A stretch of 64,000 nt of DNA from the NCBI RefSeq assembly GCF_009914755.1, contig NC_060931.1, one strand, 5' to 3'. Position numbers and translations under genes: made by a program. This DNA comes from the human T2T-CHM13v2.0 reference genome, Homo sapiens. Of the stretch, positions 35,996 through 55,384 are shown piece after piece. Every line of letters starts with the position of its first letter. Position 1 is the first letter of the stretch. The notes beneath the pieces are model-generated. The model did not search any database. It had not been told where the DNA came from and was given only the letters and a program-made list of their open reading frames with translations.

Positions 35996-36666
35996 GTAAT
36001 TCTAGAAAAGTTTTTTACAGAATGCTTTTGTTGATTTTTGCTGACTCTTCTATCCAACCTGTTTGCAATTCAACCATGATATGACACAACCAGACTACAA
36101 ATAAATGTTTGTTACTATCTGATTCAACAAAGCAGTCACTCATTTCATGGAATGGATATGGGCTGTTACTCAGTGAAAAGACACATGAGATGGTTCAGTG
36201 CTAACTCACCCTTCTGACAGAAAATGCCAGAAAGTTTCCACCCCATTGACAGGCTTGGAGTCTTGAGTACCATCTGGGTGGGTGGAGCTGGCACTGGCAC
36301 GAAACCTCTCCACTGCTATCCTGACAGAGATGGGGCATGTACTTCCCAGGGCCACTTGCCAACCCAGGGAGGTTTTCCATCTTGCTGGTTTGGTGAGGGA
36401 GGCTGCTTTCAGATTTCAAGTGGACACTGCTGGCCTGGATAGGGCTGAGGGGCTCTGCCTCCAAGAGGTGTTCTTCGCTTTGTGGCATTACCTCTCTGAA
36501 GTACTTTAGAGTACTTTACAGGCCTGCTTTACTCCTCAGAATCCTGCTGCAGAGCTGAGGGCTGGATAATTTCATGTTCTCTGGCAACTGATGGCCACTG
36601 TGGTACCAGAGGAGGGATGTATGTCTGGGCACTTTCAAAAGTATGTTATTAGAAAGTTGCGCATCA

Positions 36667-36968
<302 letters not shown>

Positions 36969-37277
36969 GAAAGTTCTGCATCAATCCTGTTGTCTCACTG
37001 TAAATAGCATAAGAACAATGTTCTGGCCCCTCCCTCCACTTGAGTTGCCAGGTTCTACGACAGGGTCTTCCCCACCATGGACCAGAATACAAGATAGCAT
37101 TTTTTCTGCAGTAGTATCCAAAGCAAAAATTTCATCAGAAGGATGGCATTGGAGTCTCTTTCAGTTGAAAAGTGCATGCAGACAATTGAGTGTCAGATCC
37201 AGGGGAGAGGAAAAGGCGGCAGAGAACTAGGGAGACAGGTCGAGAGTAAGGAGATGAAGGGACATTTGAGACTCTGA

Positions 37278-37541
<264 letters not shown>

Positions 37542-40494
37542 TAAGCAACACCTAAGGGGAGTTGCTAGTGGACCAAGGCCCAGACCACAATGCAGGGGAG
37601 AGGGAGAAAAGGGGTGGAAGAGTGACAGGAACTGACATTTTTTTAGCAGTTACTATGAGAGGAATAAAACTGGACAGGAAAGAAAGAGAAAATACATAAA
37701 ACAAGGACAGGTTGTTCGGCATCTCTTCAGGAGATGACTGTCTGGTACATCCTTTACCACCATTATCCTCAATCACCAATCACTAAGCATTGCCATGTAC
37801 CAGGCCCAGGGGCTGGGACTATGGGAGCTAGTTCTTATAGTGGCTCATGATCTACTTGGGAAGGCAAGACCTAAAGAAATGACAAGTAAGCCACAATGGC
37901 ATATGCTTTGTCGAATGAGAGGGTACCAATCAGCGAGTGTGCCGGGGACTTAGAGGAAGGGGTCACAATGCCCTGGGATGGCTGAGGTCCCCACGGAGAT
38001 GTTGGGCCTTGAGCCAGAACTTGAGTGCTGGATAACACTTGAGTGGAAAGGAGGGGCACAGAGACTGTCCAGATTGGAATGGACAAGGCATAGCAGAAAG
38101 TACGGTGGTACACTCAAGGCACTGTGAACAGCAGTTTATTATTATTTTTTCCTTCATGCTGTCTTTTGGGGTCCTTAGGAAATGACTCTGTTGTCCTTCA
38201 CAAGCCCAGCTAGGCCCTGGAACAAATGGCCTTTAGAGAGTTCAACAGTATGAAACTCCTACTACGAGTAAATCAATGTTAGGTGTTGTGGGGTATGTGG
38301 AAAAGTGAAAAAATAATAGTCCCTGCCTTAAAGGACAAGAAATGATTTTCCCTTTATCAAATGTCCAGGGAAGGAAACTGTGGGATGACACTGTGGCAGT
38401 GAAGTCTCACATCTGATAAAAGGCAGTGGGCTCTGGGCAGCATGGACAAGTTTAAGAAACACTGGATTTGCCATCTATCAAGATGCTCCATTTAGGGGTG
38501 GTCCAAAAGGTCTTTCAGTAACTCAGCAGTTCTCTTCTCAGAATTAGTTCCCAGTCTGTGCCTTCCAATCTTCCCAGTATATTCCTTTACCAGCACAAAA
38601 ACTCATGTACAGCCAATGACCAGTTCAGAATAGATGTCAAAGTAATCAGACTATACCAGTAGCTCACCCCATGTCTGGTCACCAAGTAAGCCATCACAGA
38701 CTCTGCAAATAATCCTGGAAAGGAAGAGGTACCAGGACAAGAAGGAAAGAACTAAAACAAGGATGTGAATAACTTCTAAACTGGTCAGCCTTGGACAAAA
38801 GGAAATCTGGAAATCTCGACTTGGCCTGAGAGAAACCTCATCCTGGCCCTTAAAGTGCCAATTAAGGCTGAGTTGAAAAGGAGCTGGGCATCATCAAACT
38901 GCAAACAAACTTAGCTTAGGCACCCACAGTGTGATGATGTGTTTATTTCCATGAAGGAGCAGTCTATGGAGAAGTGCAGGAACTTTCAAAGTTGCATGGG
39001 CAGAGCTGCTTCTTATATGACAGAATTGGCAGCTGCCTGTCACTTCACAGTGGGTCACATGAATATGAAGCAGAGAACTGGCTGTGTGCGTCAGCAGGGG
39101 AGCTTAAGACTGCAGATTCTGGGGAATCAGCACTCACTGTGACACATGTGATCCTCTGTCTCCTCAGACAACTGAAGGATGATGAGAAGGGGATCTCTGG
39201 AGCCTTGACCTTCTGGGCCCCGAATTTCTAGCTAGAAAACCTCTTTTCAAGACAAAAACATACCAAAGTACATTTTGAAGTATTTCGAAGAATGAATCAC
39301 ATGCCCTAACTTTATAATAGAGGAAGGCACAGATCTCATTTTTGTGACAGGTGAAACATAATCCTTGCCACAGGTTAACTCCAGAAGAAGGAACTGTACA
39401 GCTGAACAGAGCAGATTCTTAGAAACTACAAACTAACCAACAAACAAACAAATAAGGCAAAGAACAGCTGCACATCATCTTAAGATTCCTTATTTAAAGG
39501 TTGTATCTCTAAGCCAGGCTATTATATAATCAAGCAGGAAAATACTACTAAAACTTGATAGTTTTGACTGGTGGCCTTGTCTTGGATGTTAAGAAAAAAT
39601 TTGCTGTTGTTTTTCAAAATAATAGAGATGGGGGTCTCACTATGTTGGCCAGGTCGGTCTCAAACTCCTGACCTCAAGCAATCCTCCCACCTCCCGAAGT
39701 GCTGCAATCATAGGTATGAGACTCTGTGCCCCACCTGTTGTTTTTTAACCAAGCAATCTGCAACTCAACTTTCATGTTAATTCAGAAAACTCCATTTCCT
39801 GACACATCAGGCCCTGAAGTGAAGGAGAAGTGAGCACAACTCTCACTGCACTAAAATTCCCAAGGCAAGGAGTCAATGGAGCTGACCAAATAGCCCATGG
39901 TAAGGTGTTCCAAAGGAAGACACCATATATAGAATTTGACTATTAAGAAAGGGAAGATTCAACCTCATATAAAGAACTCTTTAAAGAACTGTACAACAGC
40001 TCTCCAAGCAAGTGAATGAGGTTTTAACATACTGTTAAGTTGTTAAAAGAAATATTTGGATCTAAGAGAATCTGACAATGTTATCTGAATGAACACCAAT
40101 TTTGATCTATCCTAAGTGTTAAGATATATTTTTGAATGTTAAAGATATTCGTGTACTAGGGAAAAAAGAGTGGTGAGCAGACGGAGAGGTGGCCAAGGAA
40201 AAACAGATCACCTGACTGGCAGGTTATAGCTATTGTGACACTCTTAATAAAGTCCCTTACTTCCTCCACACTGTACAGACCAGGCTGAGAAAGACATGTT
40301 GCCAGGCTACCGTAAGAACATTTGACAGCCCAAGTCATGTCTCGAGGTGAACTTGGAGATAAATCACCTGTCCTTTCGATCTCTCCAAAAGGTCTAAATA
40401 TTTCCATGGCCTCTCCTTCATCCATTTCTAAACCAAAGGCATTTCAGAGCATTCATGGGTTCCCCAAGATATTGCGATGAAATAACCATGTCTC

Positions 40495-40807
<313 letters not shown>

Positions 40808-41056
40808 TCAGCAATGGTTCTGTCAAAGCATTATTTGTAACACTCAACTAGACTAAGCAATCAAGAATTTTGGGCCACGTTCTCAACTTTTTCTCTTGCC
40901 TACTGAATACTGTTTCTTCCTTTCCTACCTTATTTTTTTCATTCAACAAATATTTATTCAATACTTACTACGTGCCTGGGTCAGTACTAGGTGCTGTGTC
41001 TACAGGAGTGAACAAGAGGGATAAAGTCCCTCTCACAAAGCATACATTCTAACTGG

Positions 41057-41133
41057 AGAGACAAACAATTTCAGATAGAGATTAGTGCTAGAAAGAGACA
41101 AATGATTTCAGATAGAGATTAGTGCTAGAAAGA
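41057..41133. repeat. 37-bp tandem duplication (2 copies)
   Basis: AGAGACAAA(CA/TG)ATTTCAGATAGAGATTAGTGCTAGAA x2. Confidence 0.9.
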
Positions 41134-41145
41134 AACAGGGAAGCA

Positions 41146-41550
<405 letters not shown>

Positions 41551-42591
41551 CTAGTGGAGATCTGAGTGACAAGTAAAAGATGCAAGGGAAAAACTCTCCA
41601 GGCAAAGGGAACGGATACAAAGGCTCTGAGGTGGTCAAGAGTCAAGAGATGGAAGGAAGGCCTGTGTAGCCAAAAGTGAATGAAGAAGAGAGTGGATAAA
41701 GACAAGCAGAGGTGATAGGGCTGAAGAGCCCAGGGAATCAAATGTTATAGGAAGACAAGATTTCAATCAAAGTGAGATGTCAAACCCCTGGAGTTTTTCA
41801 GTAGGTGTGAAGCCATCTTAAGGGGCAGACTTAATGAGGATCAAGTGTCCTCATTAAGGAGGACTTAGAGAGCTAGTGGATACGATGAAAAGGGAGGTGC
41901 TCTATGAGAGAAATGCAGGTCATCGCTAACCAGGCTAGTGTCTTTAGGCCACTGCAGGCCAATTCAACTGGAAATCCCCTCATCTGACAAACACATAAGT
42001 GCTGCTCTCTGTCAGGCCCCACCTCCCCCCATTCTTTTCCAAGTGTCTCCGCCTGCAGCGATTAGGTTAGAAAGCATTTCTCTCTGCTCTCGCTTAGACA
42101 GTTCCTGCAGTGTGTAAGACTACAGAGCTGAATTAGGAATGTCAAAGAATGTTCATACATAATAAAGGAGTCACACATATTAGAAATGACGTTGTTACTA
42201 AAAAGCCACACAATATCTCATTTAGAGAATATGCTTAACAAAATATACATCTTAAAAATTCAGCACTCCAGAATGCTTTTTCAGGTGTTTCCATTTGAGA
42301 AATAAAGAATAAAAATTGGTAATAATTATAGACACAACTTCATACAATAATCTGGATAATATGCAAGAAGCATCATGTTGACTTTCAGATATTTCTCTTT
42401 GTGGCTAACGAACCACACATCAAAGGATGGACCAAAGTTCAGATGTACACAGTCCAGGGCACCTCCGAGCACAGTGGCAGTGCCCTTGGGGATTTTCTTT
42501 CCCTCAGTGAGAGACACGGGGGATGGGGAGGAGCCCAGGAGTGTCACCAGAAAGTACACAACCCAGCTTCTTACCCAGCCTGCTGCCATCA

Positions 42592-42726
<135 letters not shown>

Positions 42727-43931
42727 CTACAAATGAAAGGATTAGAAACATAATATAATCAATTTCAAAGACTATATATCACCTTACCCTCAGGCCACCC
42801 AAGAGAGAAAGTAAGTGGGACAGAGATCATATCTACCAGAAAGGGGTAGGTTTCTAGAGAGAGACTCTTAGAGAGAAAGGCTCAAACAGAATCATCCACT
42901 GGTAAGAAATTAGACCAAGAGTGAGTGCACAGGGAGCAGGGCCTGACTAACCTCCCTGTCTGCTGGGGGCTCAGGGGCCTCTCTTACTCTAGCTCCCAAA
43001 GGCTCACTTTAGCCTCAAAGCAGATGAGTCAGCACAGAGTCCGGCCATTCTTGCTTGCCTGTTCCCTCCCCAAGAACACTGCTCATGGGATTTCAGAGAT
43101 CTCTATACTATAGTACGGTATACGTCAGAAACTTCCCAGACACAGATTTCTTGAGTAGGATGGGAAGCTAATGCTGCTTTTACCCTTAAAGGAAAGAGAC
43201 TAGGGAAGGGGAGAAGCAAGCTTGACTTCAAGTGTTCAAGAATGTAGGACCACCGTTTTCTACTAAAAGGAACTAAGGCTCCTTGGGAAAATGGCTAATG
43301 TCAGGACTGGGGAAGAGGTACCTGAGCTGAGCCTGGGACATCCTGCACTAGAAAGCAAGGATACTACCAGACAAATACGCCACATCAGAAAGACTCAGAA
43401 GCCAACCTGCAGGGGCTTCTGCCAGCCTTACACAGAGTAAGAATAATGACAGTATTTGAAACACATCAAGCATATGAAAACTCAGGATTTCATAATACTA
43501 AAAAATGAGCCAGTATGGCAACAGCTCATTACTCTGAAAACTAACAGAGAGAGAGAAAAAAAAAATCAAGCATTTATCCTGTCTTTCCTACATAAATGAT
43601 ATTTTGTGGTAAGCAAATAATTGACAAAGGAAGATTTTTCTTTCTAGGGTTCTAATTAAAAATGCAAAAGGATAGAAGTTTAAATAATCAGCATTCTGTA
43701 ACCCATAATGAAATAATGGATCTGGTAACACTCATCAATAACTGCTAAGGCCATTACATGAAAGGCTAATTGGGAACTTCATCAATGGAGGGATAAGGCA
43801 GATAATCCTCAAATCTACTGATCAATCCCAGAATCACTAAAAATGGGCAACCAGGTAGTATGTGCCTCAGGCGATATAAGGAAACACACACACCACCTAT
43901 GAAATACTCTCTTCAAGAAAACTGAACTTGA

Positions 43932-44212
43932 GGCCAAGCACGGTGGCTCACACCTGTAATCCCAGCACTTTGGGAGGCCGAGGCAGGCGAATCACCTGAG
44001 GTCAAGAGTTCAAGGCCAGCCTGGTCAACATGGTGAAACCCCGTCTCTACTAAAATACAAAATTAGCTGGGCATGGTGGCGCATGCCTGTAATCCCAGCT
44101 ACTCGGGAGGCTACTCCTGGAGGCGGAGGTTGCAGTGAGCCGAGATTGCGCCATTGCACTCCAGCCTAGGCAACAAGAGCAAAACTCCACCTCAAAAAAA
44201 TTTTTAAAAAAA
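43932..44212 (+). mobile_element. Alu inside an old L1M fragment
   Basis: TSD aagaaaactgaacttga. Confidence 0.9.
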
Positions 44213-44919
44213 GAAAACTGAACTTGATCAAGCTACCAGACCGAACTAACTACCAGATGACAGGCAATATGGGGGTGTCACAGAGACAAGTTAAATGACA
44301 CCACAAAGAAGCAAATGGCTAAATTAAAAATGTAACACAAATGACCTGGTTTCTCCAATAAATGAATAGCATGGAAAAAAGGGTGGTAAGGGAGAATGGA
44401 TATTAGAGAAGAAAAAAATGATTTAAGAAATTAAAAACCCAAGTATAATGTGTGGACTTTGGATCCCGACTCATACTAACCAAGTATAAAAAAATTTTTT
44501 TCAGGCAATTTGGCAAATTTTAATATGGATTTAATATATCATTTGTGTAGTAGATGATAAAGGGCTTATTAGTTTCATTAGATATTATAATGGCATAAGG
44601 TGTGTGTGTTTAAGGCCTGATCAGTTAGAGATGCACTCTGAGGTTTTTCTGAGCAATATGTTTCATTTTCATATGAGACGCATTTACATGTGAAATGGGC
44701 TTTGCTTTAATATACTCTAGTGGGGAAAGCACGTTATGGGGAATATGTAAAACAAGGAGACTGCTGAAACACAGGAACAGATACGTGGAGGTTCATTTTA
44801 CTTTTTTCTCTCCACTTTTAAGATTGTATAGCTCAACATTCTCTAAAAAGCTACCGTCCTACACAGAAGTCTTTCTTTTTTTCTTTTTTGCTCAACTAAC
44901 CAAGGTACAAACATGGCTA

Positions 44920-45123
<204 letters not shown>

Positions 45124-45420
45124 CTAGGTTCTCTTTGTACACTGGCCCTTCCCAAGCCCATGATAAGTGAAGTCATTCTAAAAAGGGATACTGCAACAGA
45201 CCCTCTGAAAGCTCAACATTTGTATACTTAGGACTGCTTGATGCCAGGAGTTTGAGACCAGCCTATGCAACATAGCAATCCCCCGTCTCTACTACAACGA
45301 AATTAAAAAGTCCCAGCTACTCAGGAGGCTGAGGAAGGTGGATTGAGTCCAGGAGTTGAGGTTACAGTGCGCTATGATCATGCCACTGCACTCTAGCCTG
45401 GGCAACAGAGCAAGACCCTG

Positions 45421-46128
<708 letters not shown>

Positions 46129-46558
46129 CTGTCTCTAAAAATAAAATAAATAAATAAATAAAACCCCATGGATATCTCAAAAACCTTCATTTATTTAACA
46201 AATATTTTGTAAAGATTTACTTTTGTAGAGCACTAATCTGCTGTCCCAAACAGAAACTACAACTGAACCTCAAGTATGTGGTCTCAGCTGGCAGAGATGG
46301 CCATCTGGACAAGAGGAAGCTCTTCAAAAGAGGAGAAAAGGGGCACAAAAGCCTGCCCTAGGAGGCCCCTCTGCCATTGATCTAAGAGTGACATCTCTGA
46401 TGGTGTTGAAGACTCGCGTGTTAACCCCATGTGTGGGAATACATAGCACCAAACATCCTTTTCAACCAAACAAATGCCACAAAGAGAAAATAACTCAGCA
46501 AAAACAAACCCGCTTAGAACCCACCCACTGTTCTGTGCTTCTGCCCTCCTGCATCTCA

Positions 46559-46996
<438 letters not shown>

Positions 46997-47059
46997 TTAC
47001 TGGGTGGGGGGCACAAAATAACCATTCCCCTTCCCATAACACAGAAATAAGGGAGAGTG

Positions 47060-47730
47060 CATGCCCAAAATTCAAAAGTCAGTAGGTGGGACAATTATCA
47101 AAGGTGTAACCTATGTAGAAGGAGAATACAAGAAGAAAGCAAGCAACAGAAAAGATAATGAAGTAATAAGGGCTGAGAATTTTTCAAAACTAATGACAGT
47201 CACTAAACCACAGATCTAGGAACTCAGAGAAGACCAAATAAGATAAATACTAAACAATTTACAACCAGTCATATCATAGACAAACTGCAGAAAATCAAAG
47301 ATAAAATCTTGAAAGAAGCCAGACAGGGGAAAAATTTTACCTATAGAGGAACAAGGATGAGATTACATCAAATCTCTCTCTCTTTTGTTTTTAATAGGCA
47401 CCCTCCCAAACCAGAGTAGATTGAGAGAGATTTCCAAGACTTCTCTTCAGAAACCATGTAAGCAAGAAGGGAGTGAAGTGAGATATTTAATATTTAAATT
47501 TTTAAAAGAAAAAAAAATCACCAACCTACAATCCTGTATCCGATAAACTTATCCTTCAAAAGTGAAGGAAAAGACTTACTCAGACAAAAGAAAATGGAGA
47601 GAATTTGTTGCCAGTAGACCTGTCTGCAAGAAATGCGAAATAATCTCTTCAGAGAGAAGAAAAATGACATAGGTCAGAAACTGATCGTTTTCAAGAAAGG
47701 AAGAACATCAGGAATGGAATAAATGAAGTA
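47060..47730 (+). mobile_element. Old L1M ORF1 fragment
   Basis: AAAATCTTGAAAGAAGCCAGA and TATCCTTCAAAAGTGAAGG L1 ORF1 motifs. Confidence 0.7.
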
Positions 47731-48224
47731 AAGACGACAAGAAAAAGATGCTGTGGGAAGGAAGGCATCAAGGAAGTTATAGAAGTATTTGCACTGAAGT
47801 GGAAGAAACAGAAGATTCAAGTGAAATTAATGTAATGATAAGTGTGTGTTGTTCTTCCCTTTCACCTTAGAAATCTAGATAGGTACAACGATACAATGAA
47901 CATTTATTATATGCCTAGTGTGTGCCAGTCTGTTTCCAGGATACAAAAAAATAGTGTCTACCCTTCAGGACTCACAGCCAGGTGGAGATAAGAGATGCAT
48001 TCACAAATAAACCAAAGTAAAAAAAACTACACAGCTTAAGGAAGTTCATGAAAATCAAGTAAAGAGGGCCTTATATCTTTTGAGAGAGGTGGAGGCATGC
48101 AACTTGAAAGAGATCATTTGATCTGCATATGCAAAGTGAGTAGAGGCATTTTTACACAGAAAGAACAGTATGAATATAAATCCAGGCAACAAATAAAGTA
48201 ATTTGGATGTTAAAAAACAAACTA

Positions 48225-48510
<286 letters not shown>

Positions 48511-49454
48511 ACAGAAAAACAAACAAAACTGGTAGCTTCAGAATCACCTCTGAAACAATGGCTAACAGTAATAAACAATTCTATTATCTGGGGAACAAAG
48601 TTGCCTTGAACAATAACCAGATCCCAGATTTTCCAACCTAGGGCCACTGCATTAACCACCAGAATGGCTCGTCTGTTGGTAATCCTCTTGGTATATACCA
48701 CAAAGACTACAAATGTTTGCTGTATATGCAAGGGAACTTTGCTGTGCAATATCAATGAGAGCTCTAAGAATGACAGAGTCAAGAATAATCTGGCCCTGTA
48801 TGTCCTGGGGGAAGATGGGTAAGAGAATGAGTACTGACTGCGTGCTGACCATGCAGTATGCTAGACGATGGACATGTATTATCTCATTTAGTCCTCAGCA
48901 ATCATGTGAGGCAGATGTTGTCCACCCCATTTTACAAACTGAAGTTCAGAGCGGTAATAACTGCCAAGGAACATGCAGCAAAAAGGGCAGAGCCAGAGTA
49001 TGAGCATGAGTACACGTATTCCTAAAGTCCCTGCTCCACCTTCTATACCACACCAGATTAAAAACAGTACTAAAACTATCAGGCTTCACACTTCTGGAGC
49101 CAACTAATAAAAGAAAATATGGAAGAGATAACTGAAATCTACAGGTAATGGGAAACCTTAACCTCAACCATTAATTTTGGCACGTACTATCACCAAACAC
49201 TGTAAAAAACGGCTGACTGGAAATAACATTGGTCTGCTTCCTCTCTCCTTCCTTTCCCTTCTGCTGTAGAGCTATCAGACATGGGCCAGCAGATAAGAAG
49301 ATGGCCTGGAGAGGCTTAGGGAACTGGGAGTAAAGGGAACTAGGAGCAAAAAAACCTAACTGAGGGGAGAACTACTCTAAGAGAGCAGAAGCACAAATTG
49401 AACAAAATAGAAGAGTTTATGTCCTTAAAAATATGGACCATTTAATTTCTGTAC

Positions 49455-49529
49455 CAAGCTGCGCTGGATCCTTAATTCCTTCATTTTAAGTTTTCTTCGA
49501 TCTTCTAAAGAGAACTCCACTATTGGTCT
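49455..49529 (-). CDS. RBM28: RBM28 coding exon 16 ([25 protein letters not shown])
   Basis: tgacAG / GTACAG (weak donor), 75 bp. Confidence 0.95.
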
Positions 49530-49719
49530 CTGTCAGAGGGAGACAGAATGCCATTCATTAGACTTCTTAATCTGTGCATGCAATGAGCTGAGTTTTTCCC
49601 CTTCACACATCCTCCCCCAACCCACCTTTTTTTTGCCCACTTGCCACTGTTTCCCACCCCTCAAATGTCAGAGGACACTAGGCATAAAGGAGAAGGCTGG
49701 TTTCCTGCAAGTGGTCCTA

Positions 49720-49902
<183 letters not shown>

Positions 49903-49997
49903 CTATGAGTAGAGCAAGAAAAAAATCAGTAATTACAGAATGAGAAGACTTGCCTGACATGAACTGCTTTAATAGAGTCAATAAGAAATCAGGCTAT

Positions 49998-50287
49998 TGG
50001 GTGGGCATGGTGGTTCATGCCTGTAATCCTAGCACCTTGGGAGGCCGAGACAGGAGGATTGCTTGAGGCCAGGAGTTTGAGACCAGCCTAGGCAACATGG
50101 CAAAACCTTGTCTCTACAAAAAATACAAAAAATTAGCCAGTGTGGTGGCACCTCAGCTACTCAAGAGGCTGAAGCAGGAGGATCACCTGAGCCCGGGGAG
50201 GTTGAAGTTACAGTGAGCCATGATGGCACCACTGCACTCCAGCCTGGGCAACAGAGTGAGACCCTGTCTCAAAAAAAAAAAAAAAAA
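49998..50287 (+). mobile_element. Alu (AluJ-like)
   Basis: TSD aaatcagg(c/t)tattg. Confidence 0.88.
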
Positions 50288-51585
50288 TCAGGTTATTGAA
50301 ACATAATCTTCATTTATACCACCATCACAAAAATCACACTGGAATAACACTTATGTGTGTCCATCTTATTAGAATTTACCTACTAAGACCATCAAACAGA
50401 TTAAAATTGTATTTTCTTGCTTTCTACTAGCTTATAGACATCAACAGAGACCTAAAAAAAAGCACATAAACAAAACTTCCTAAAGAAAATTTATAAAGCG
50501 GTATGGATGTTAAAAAACAAACACAATACAAACACAACTGTTTGCGATACATACAAATTGAGAGGTACATGGTATTTTAAGCGTGTAACAAGTTGCTGCC
50601 GAGGATGGAGTACTGTCCACAGATCTTACAACTGAAAAAAGCCCTCAGGAAGGAAATTATTGAAGAAGGAAAGGAGGAAGGCCTGATGGCTTTAGATAAG
50701 AAAGACATTTCAAGCATAGGAAAAAGTCTCTCCAACATACAGGGTCAGAAATATAGGAAGAAGTTTCAGCTCTCTTTGCTTGCAGCTCAGATCCTCTCTA
50801 GTGTGGTTTTCCCTTAAATCCTTAAGCCAGATGTAGTAAACATCTGGGGCACCAAAGTATGGTAGGATTTTTCGAGAAAACTGATCATTTACATGCCATT
50901 ACTACCAAAGCTGTCGTTCTCATGTAATGGAAACAGCTAAGTATTGGGGATGCATGGATGCCGCATTTAGTTTATGTCCAGTGTCCACTCTGTGCCTAGA
51001 ACTGTCATACACTGTAAGGGAATCAAGAGAAGCATATAATGAAGATCCTGTTCTCAAGATGCTTACCATCTTACTGAGACACTATACATACAAATAGGAA
51101 AGAATTAAGAGGAAAATTCAACATAATGCAAAATATTCTAGAATAAACATAAATTTCTCTAAATTATGACAGGTGTTAAATATGTAGGCACTAAGTATTC
51201 GGATGATAGGAGAAATTACACAACTGTCCCTCCCCTATAACCAGTAACACTGAGCAGTTTTACTAACTGTGGTGTCAGATATGTGCTGATATATTCACAT
51301 TCTCTCAAGTAATCTCCCAAATACCAATCCATACATTTTGAAGAGGTTTTCAGGGATTAGGAAAACAGTTTATGGTAGCGAAACAGAGTAAAGCAGGCCC
51401 AAAATATTGGCAATGGTACTTTTAAAATAAATATTGACTAAGAGATGACTATGTACCAGGTACTACACCAAGGATTGGGGATAATGAGATAACGCTTGCC
51501 TCAAAAACTCAGTCTAGTGGGGAGAAGTGACTGACAGACAGTTTGAGGCCAGGGTAATAGTAACCAGTATGACAGAGATATGCAA

Positions 51586-52240
<655 letters not shown>

Positions 52241-52675
52241 GAAATACGCAAAGGGGAATGTGGAGGCAGAAAAGTTCTGTACTCACACAGAGTCTAACCA
52301 AGTTGGTGTGAACCCAGTGTTTTTCTAATTCAACTGCTGAACATCTACATGGCTTCCTGTGTTGACCACAAGGCATAGGGGACTCTGAACACAGGGTAAG
52401 AATCTAACTAGGAGTAAAATACTCTTCCAAAAAGCAAAGCAGATTATTTTCTCTGCAAGAAAATTCACATGATAGCACAAAGTATAATGCTAAGCACACA
52501 ACAGGCATTTAATAAATGCTTGCTAAATTAATTCATGCAGACAGAGACTTCCTTGCATTCTGCTGTAATTCAGTCAGATGTAAAAGACAATTCTTAGAAG
52601 AAAAAGAACAAAACCAAGAAACTGCTAAACTCAGCTATGCATGCTGACAACATGTCCAGAAGAAAGTCTGTTGAT

Positions 52676-52975
52676 GGCCCGGCACAGTGGCTCACGCCTG
52701 TAATCCTAGCACTTTGGGAGGCCGAGGTGGGCAGATCACTTGAGGTCAGGAGTTCGAGACCAGCCTGGCTAACATGGTGCAATCCCTTCTCTACTAAAAA
52801 TACAAAAATTAGCCAGGCGTGGTGGCGCACGCCTATAGTCCCAGCTATTCAGGGGGCTGAGGCAGGAGAACTGCTTGAGCCCAGGAGGAGGAGGTTGCAG
52901 TGAGTCAAGATTGCACCGCTGCACTACAGCCTGGGCAACAGAGTGAGACTTCGTCTCAAAACAAACAAACAAAAT
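52676..52975 (+). mobile_element. Alu (AluS-like)
   Basis: Dimeric Alu. Confidence 0.9.
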
Positions 52976-53057
52976 CTGGCACCACAGCCTGAGGGAAATG
53001 CTTGATCTGACCCAAGATCAGAATGAAAGCTCCAAAATGGTCAGGGCCACGTCTCAC

Positions 53058-53216
53058 CTCCTTGATGCGCACCCCTTTCTCTCCACTAGTAGCACTCAGC
53101 AGCAGCTTTCTGAGCTGTTTGTCATCTACAGCCTTTGGGAGATTGTGCAGGCAGAGCCTGGTTCGGGAGACAAAGATATTCTGGTCCTTGAGTTTCTGAT
53201 GCTTCAGCAGCTCAAA
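53058..53216 (-). CDS. RBM28: RBM28 coding exon 14 (FELLKHQK...GVRIKE; start of RRM4)
   Basis: tttcAG / GTGAGA, 159 bp; RNP2-like LCLHNL. Confidence 0.97.
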
Positions 53217-53420
53217 CTGAAAGAACAACCAATGGTTAACAGTACAACCCACTCTTTTTAAGAGGTAGGCTCATAATTCTCCAAAAGGAAAGAATTATGA
53301 TCCTCATCCCATAACCACACATATAGAAAACGGATGGAAACTGCCCACACCGCAGCTTTACAATGCCTAGTATAGGGAAAGAAAAGTCCAAGGGAACAAG
53401 ATGGTGGGTGGGTAATAGTA

Positions 53421-54564
<1,144 letters not shown>

Positions 54565-55319
54565 CTAGGTGTTCACTACCACAAAAGTTGAAAACACTAG
54601 TGCAGAATCTGTGCCCACTGAAAAAAAGACGCACTGCCTCCTGCTGTCATTACACTCTCACCCCTGTTCCTCATCTGCATGTTAAGGTTCCATAGCTAAT
54701 TCTGTTCACAGTTATGCATCTTTACCCTTCTAGGCTGGCTTGGCTTTTTGAAAGTAAGTTATATGGGAAAAAGTAAAAATTACTGGGAACATTACCAAGC
54801 AGCAAAGGAATATGAGTTATCGGTTAACATCGGAAACATCCATAAAATGGAGTTTTTCTAAAATGATTTTATAATCTGGAGATTATAACTCCTCCCAACT
54901 GACAGCTACCCCTTTCAAGAGCCATATCTTCTCGCTTCTCTAATAACTCCAGCTCATTCTGATCTTCCTCTTTTACATTATTCTGTGTTTATACTGACAC
55001 CTAATTACATGTAGCAATAGCCTCTGACTGTCTACTGCATGATGTAGCAGCATGTGTTCAGCAAACATTTACTGCCAAGCACTAGGGAAACAAATAATAA
55101 GACACAGTTCTTTTATACCAGCATACAAAACAGATAGAATACTATGTATGATGTTGGGTTACTTGCTATTTCACCTATGTGCTTTTCTCCCTAACAGGGC
55201 AATAAGTATGGTCTGTGACCATACTGGGCTCTTTGATGAGCACATCTAGCATTCGATAACTATTTTTGATTGATTTATAGGCCACGCAGAACGTGAAGGT
55301 CAATGCCTAATCTACTCAC

Positions 55320-55384
55320 CCGTTCTCTTTTGGCCATATCAGCAGCACTCACACCCTCTGCAGCCTTCGTCCCAGCACGAATCA
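55320..55384 (-). CDS. RBM28: RBM28 coding exon 13 (LIRAGTKAAEGVSAADMAKRER)
   Basis: ctgcAG / GTGAGT, 65 bp. Confidence 0.97.

Noticed and set aside
42161-42313. AATAAA hexamers just after the RBM28 stop
   Set aside because: They are on the plus strand, the wrong strand for RBM28.
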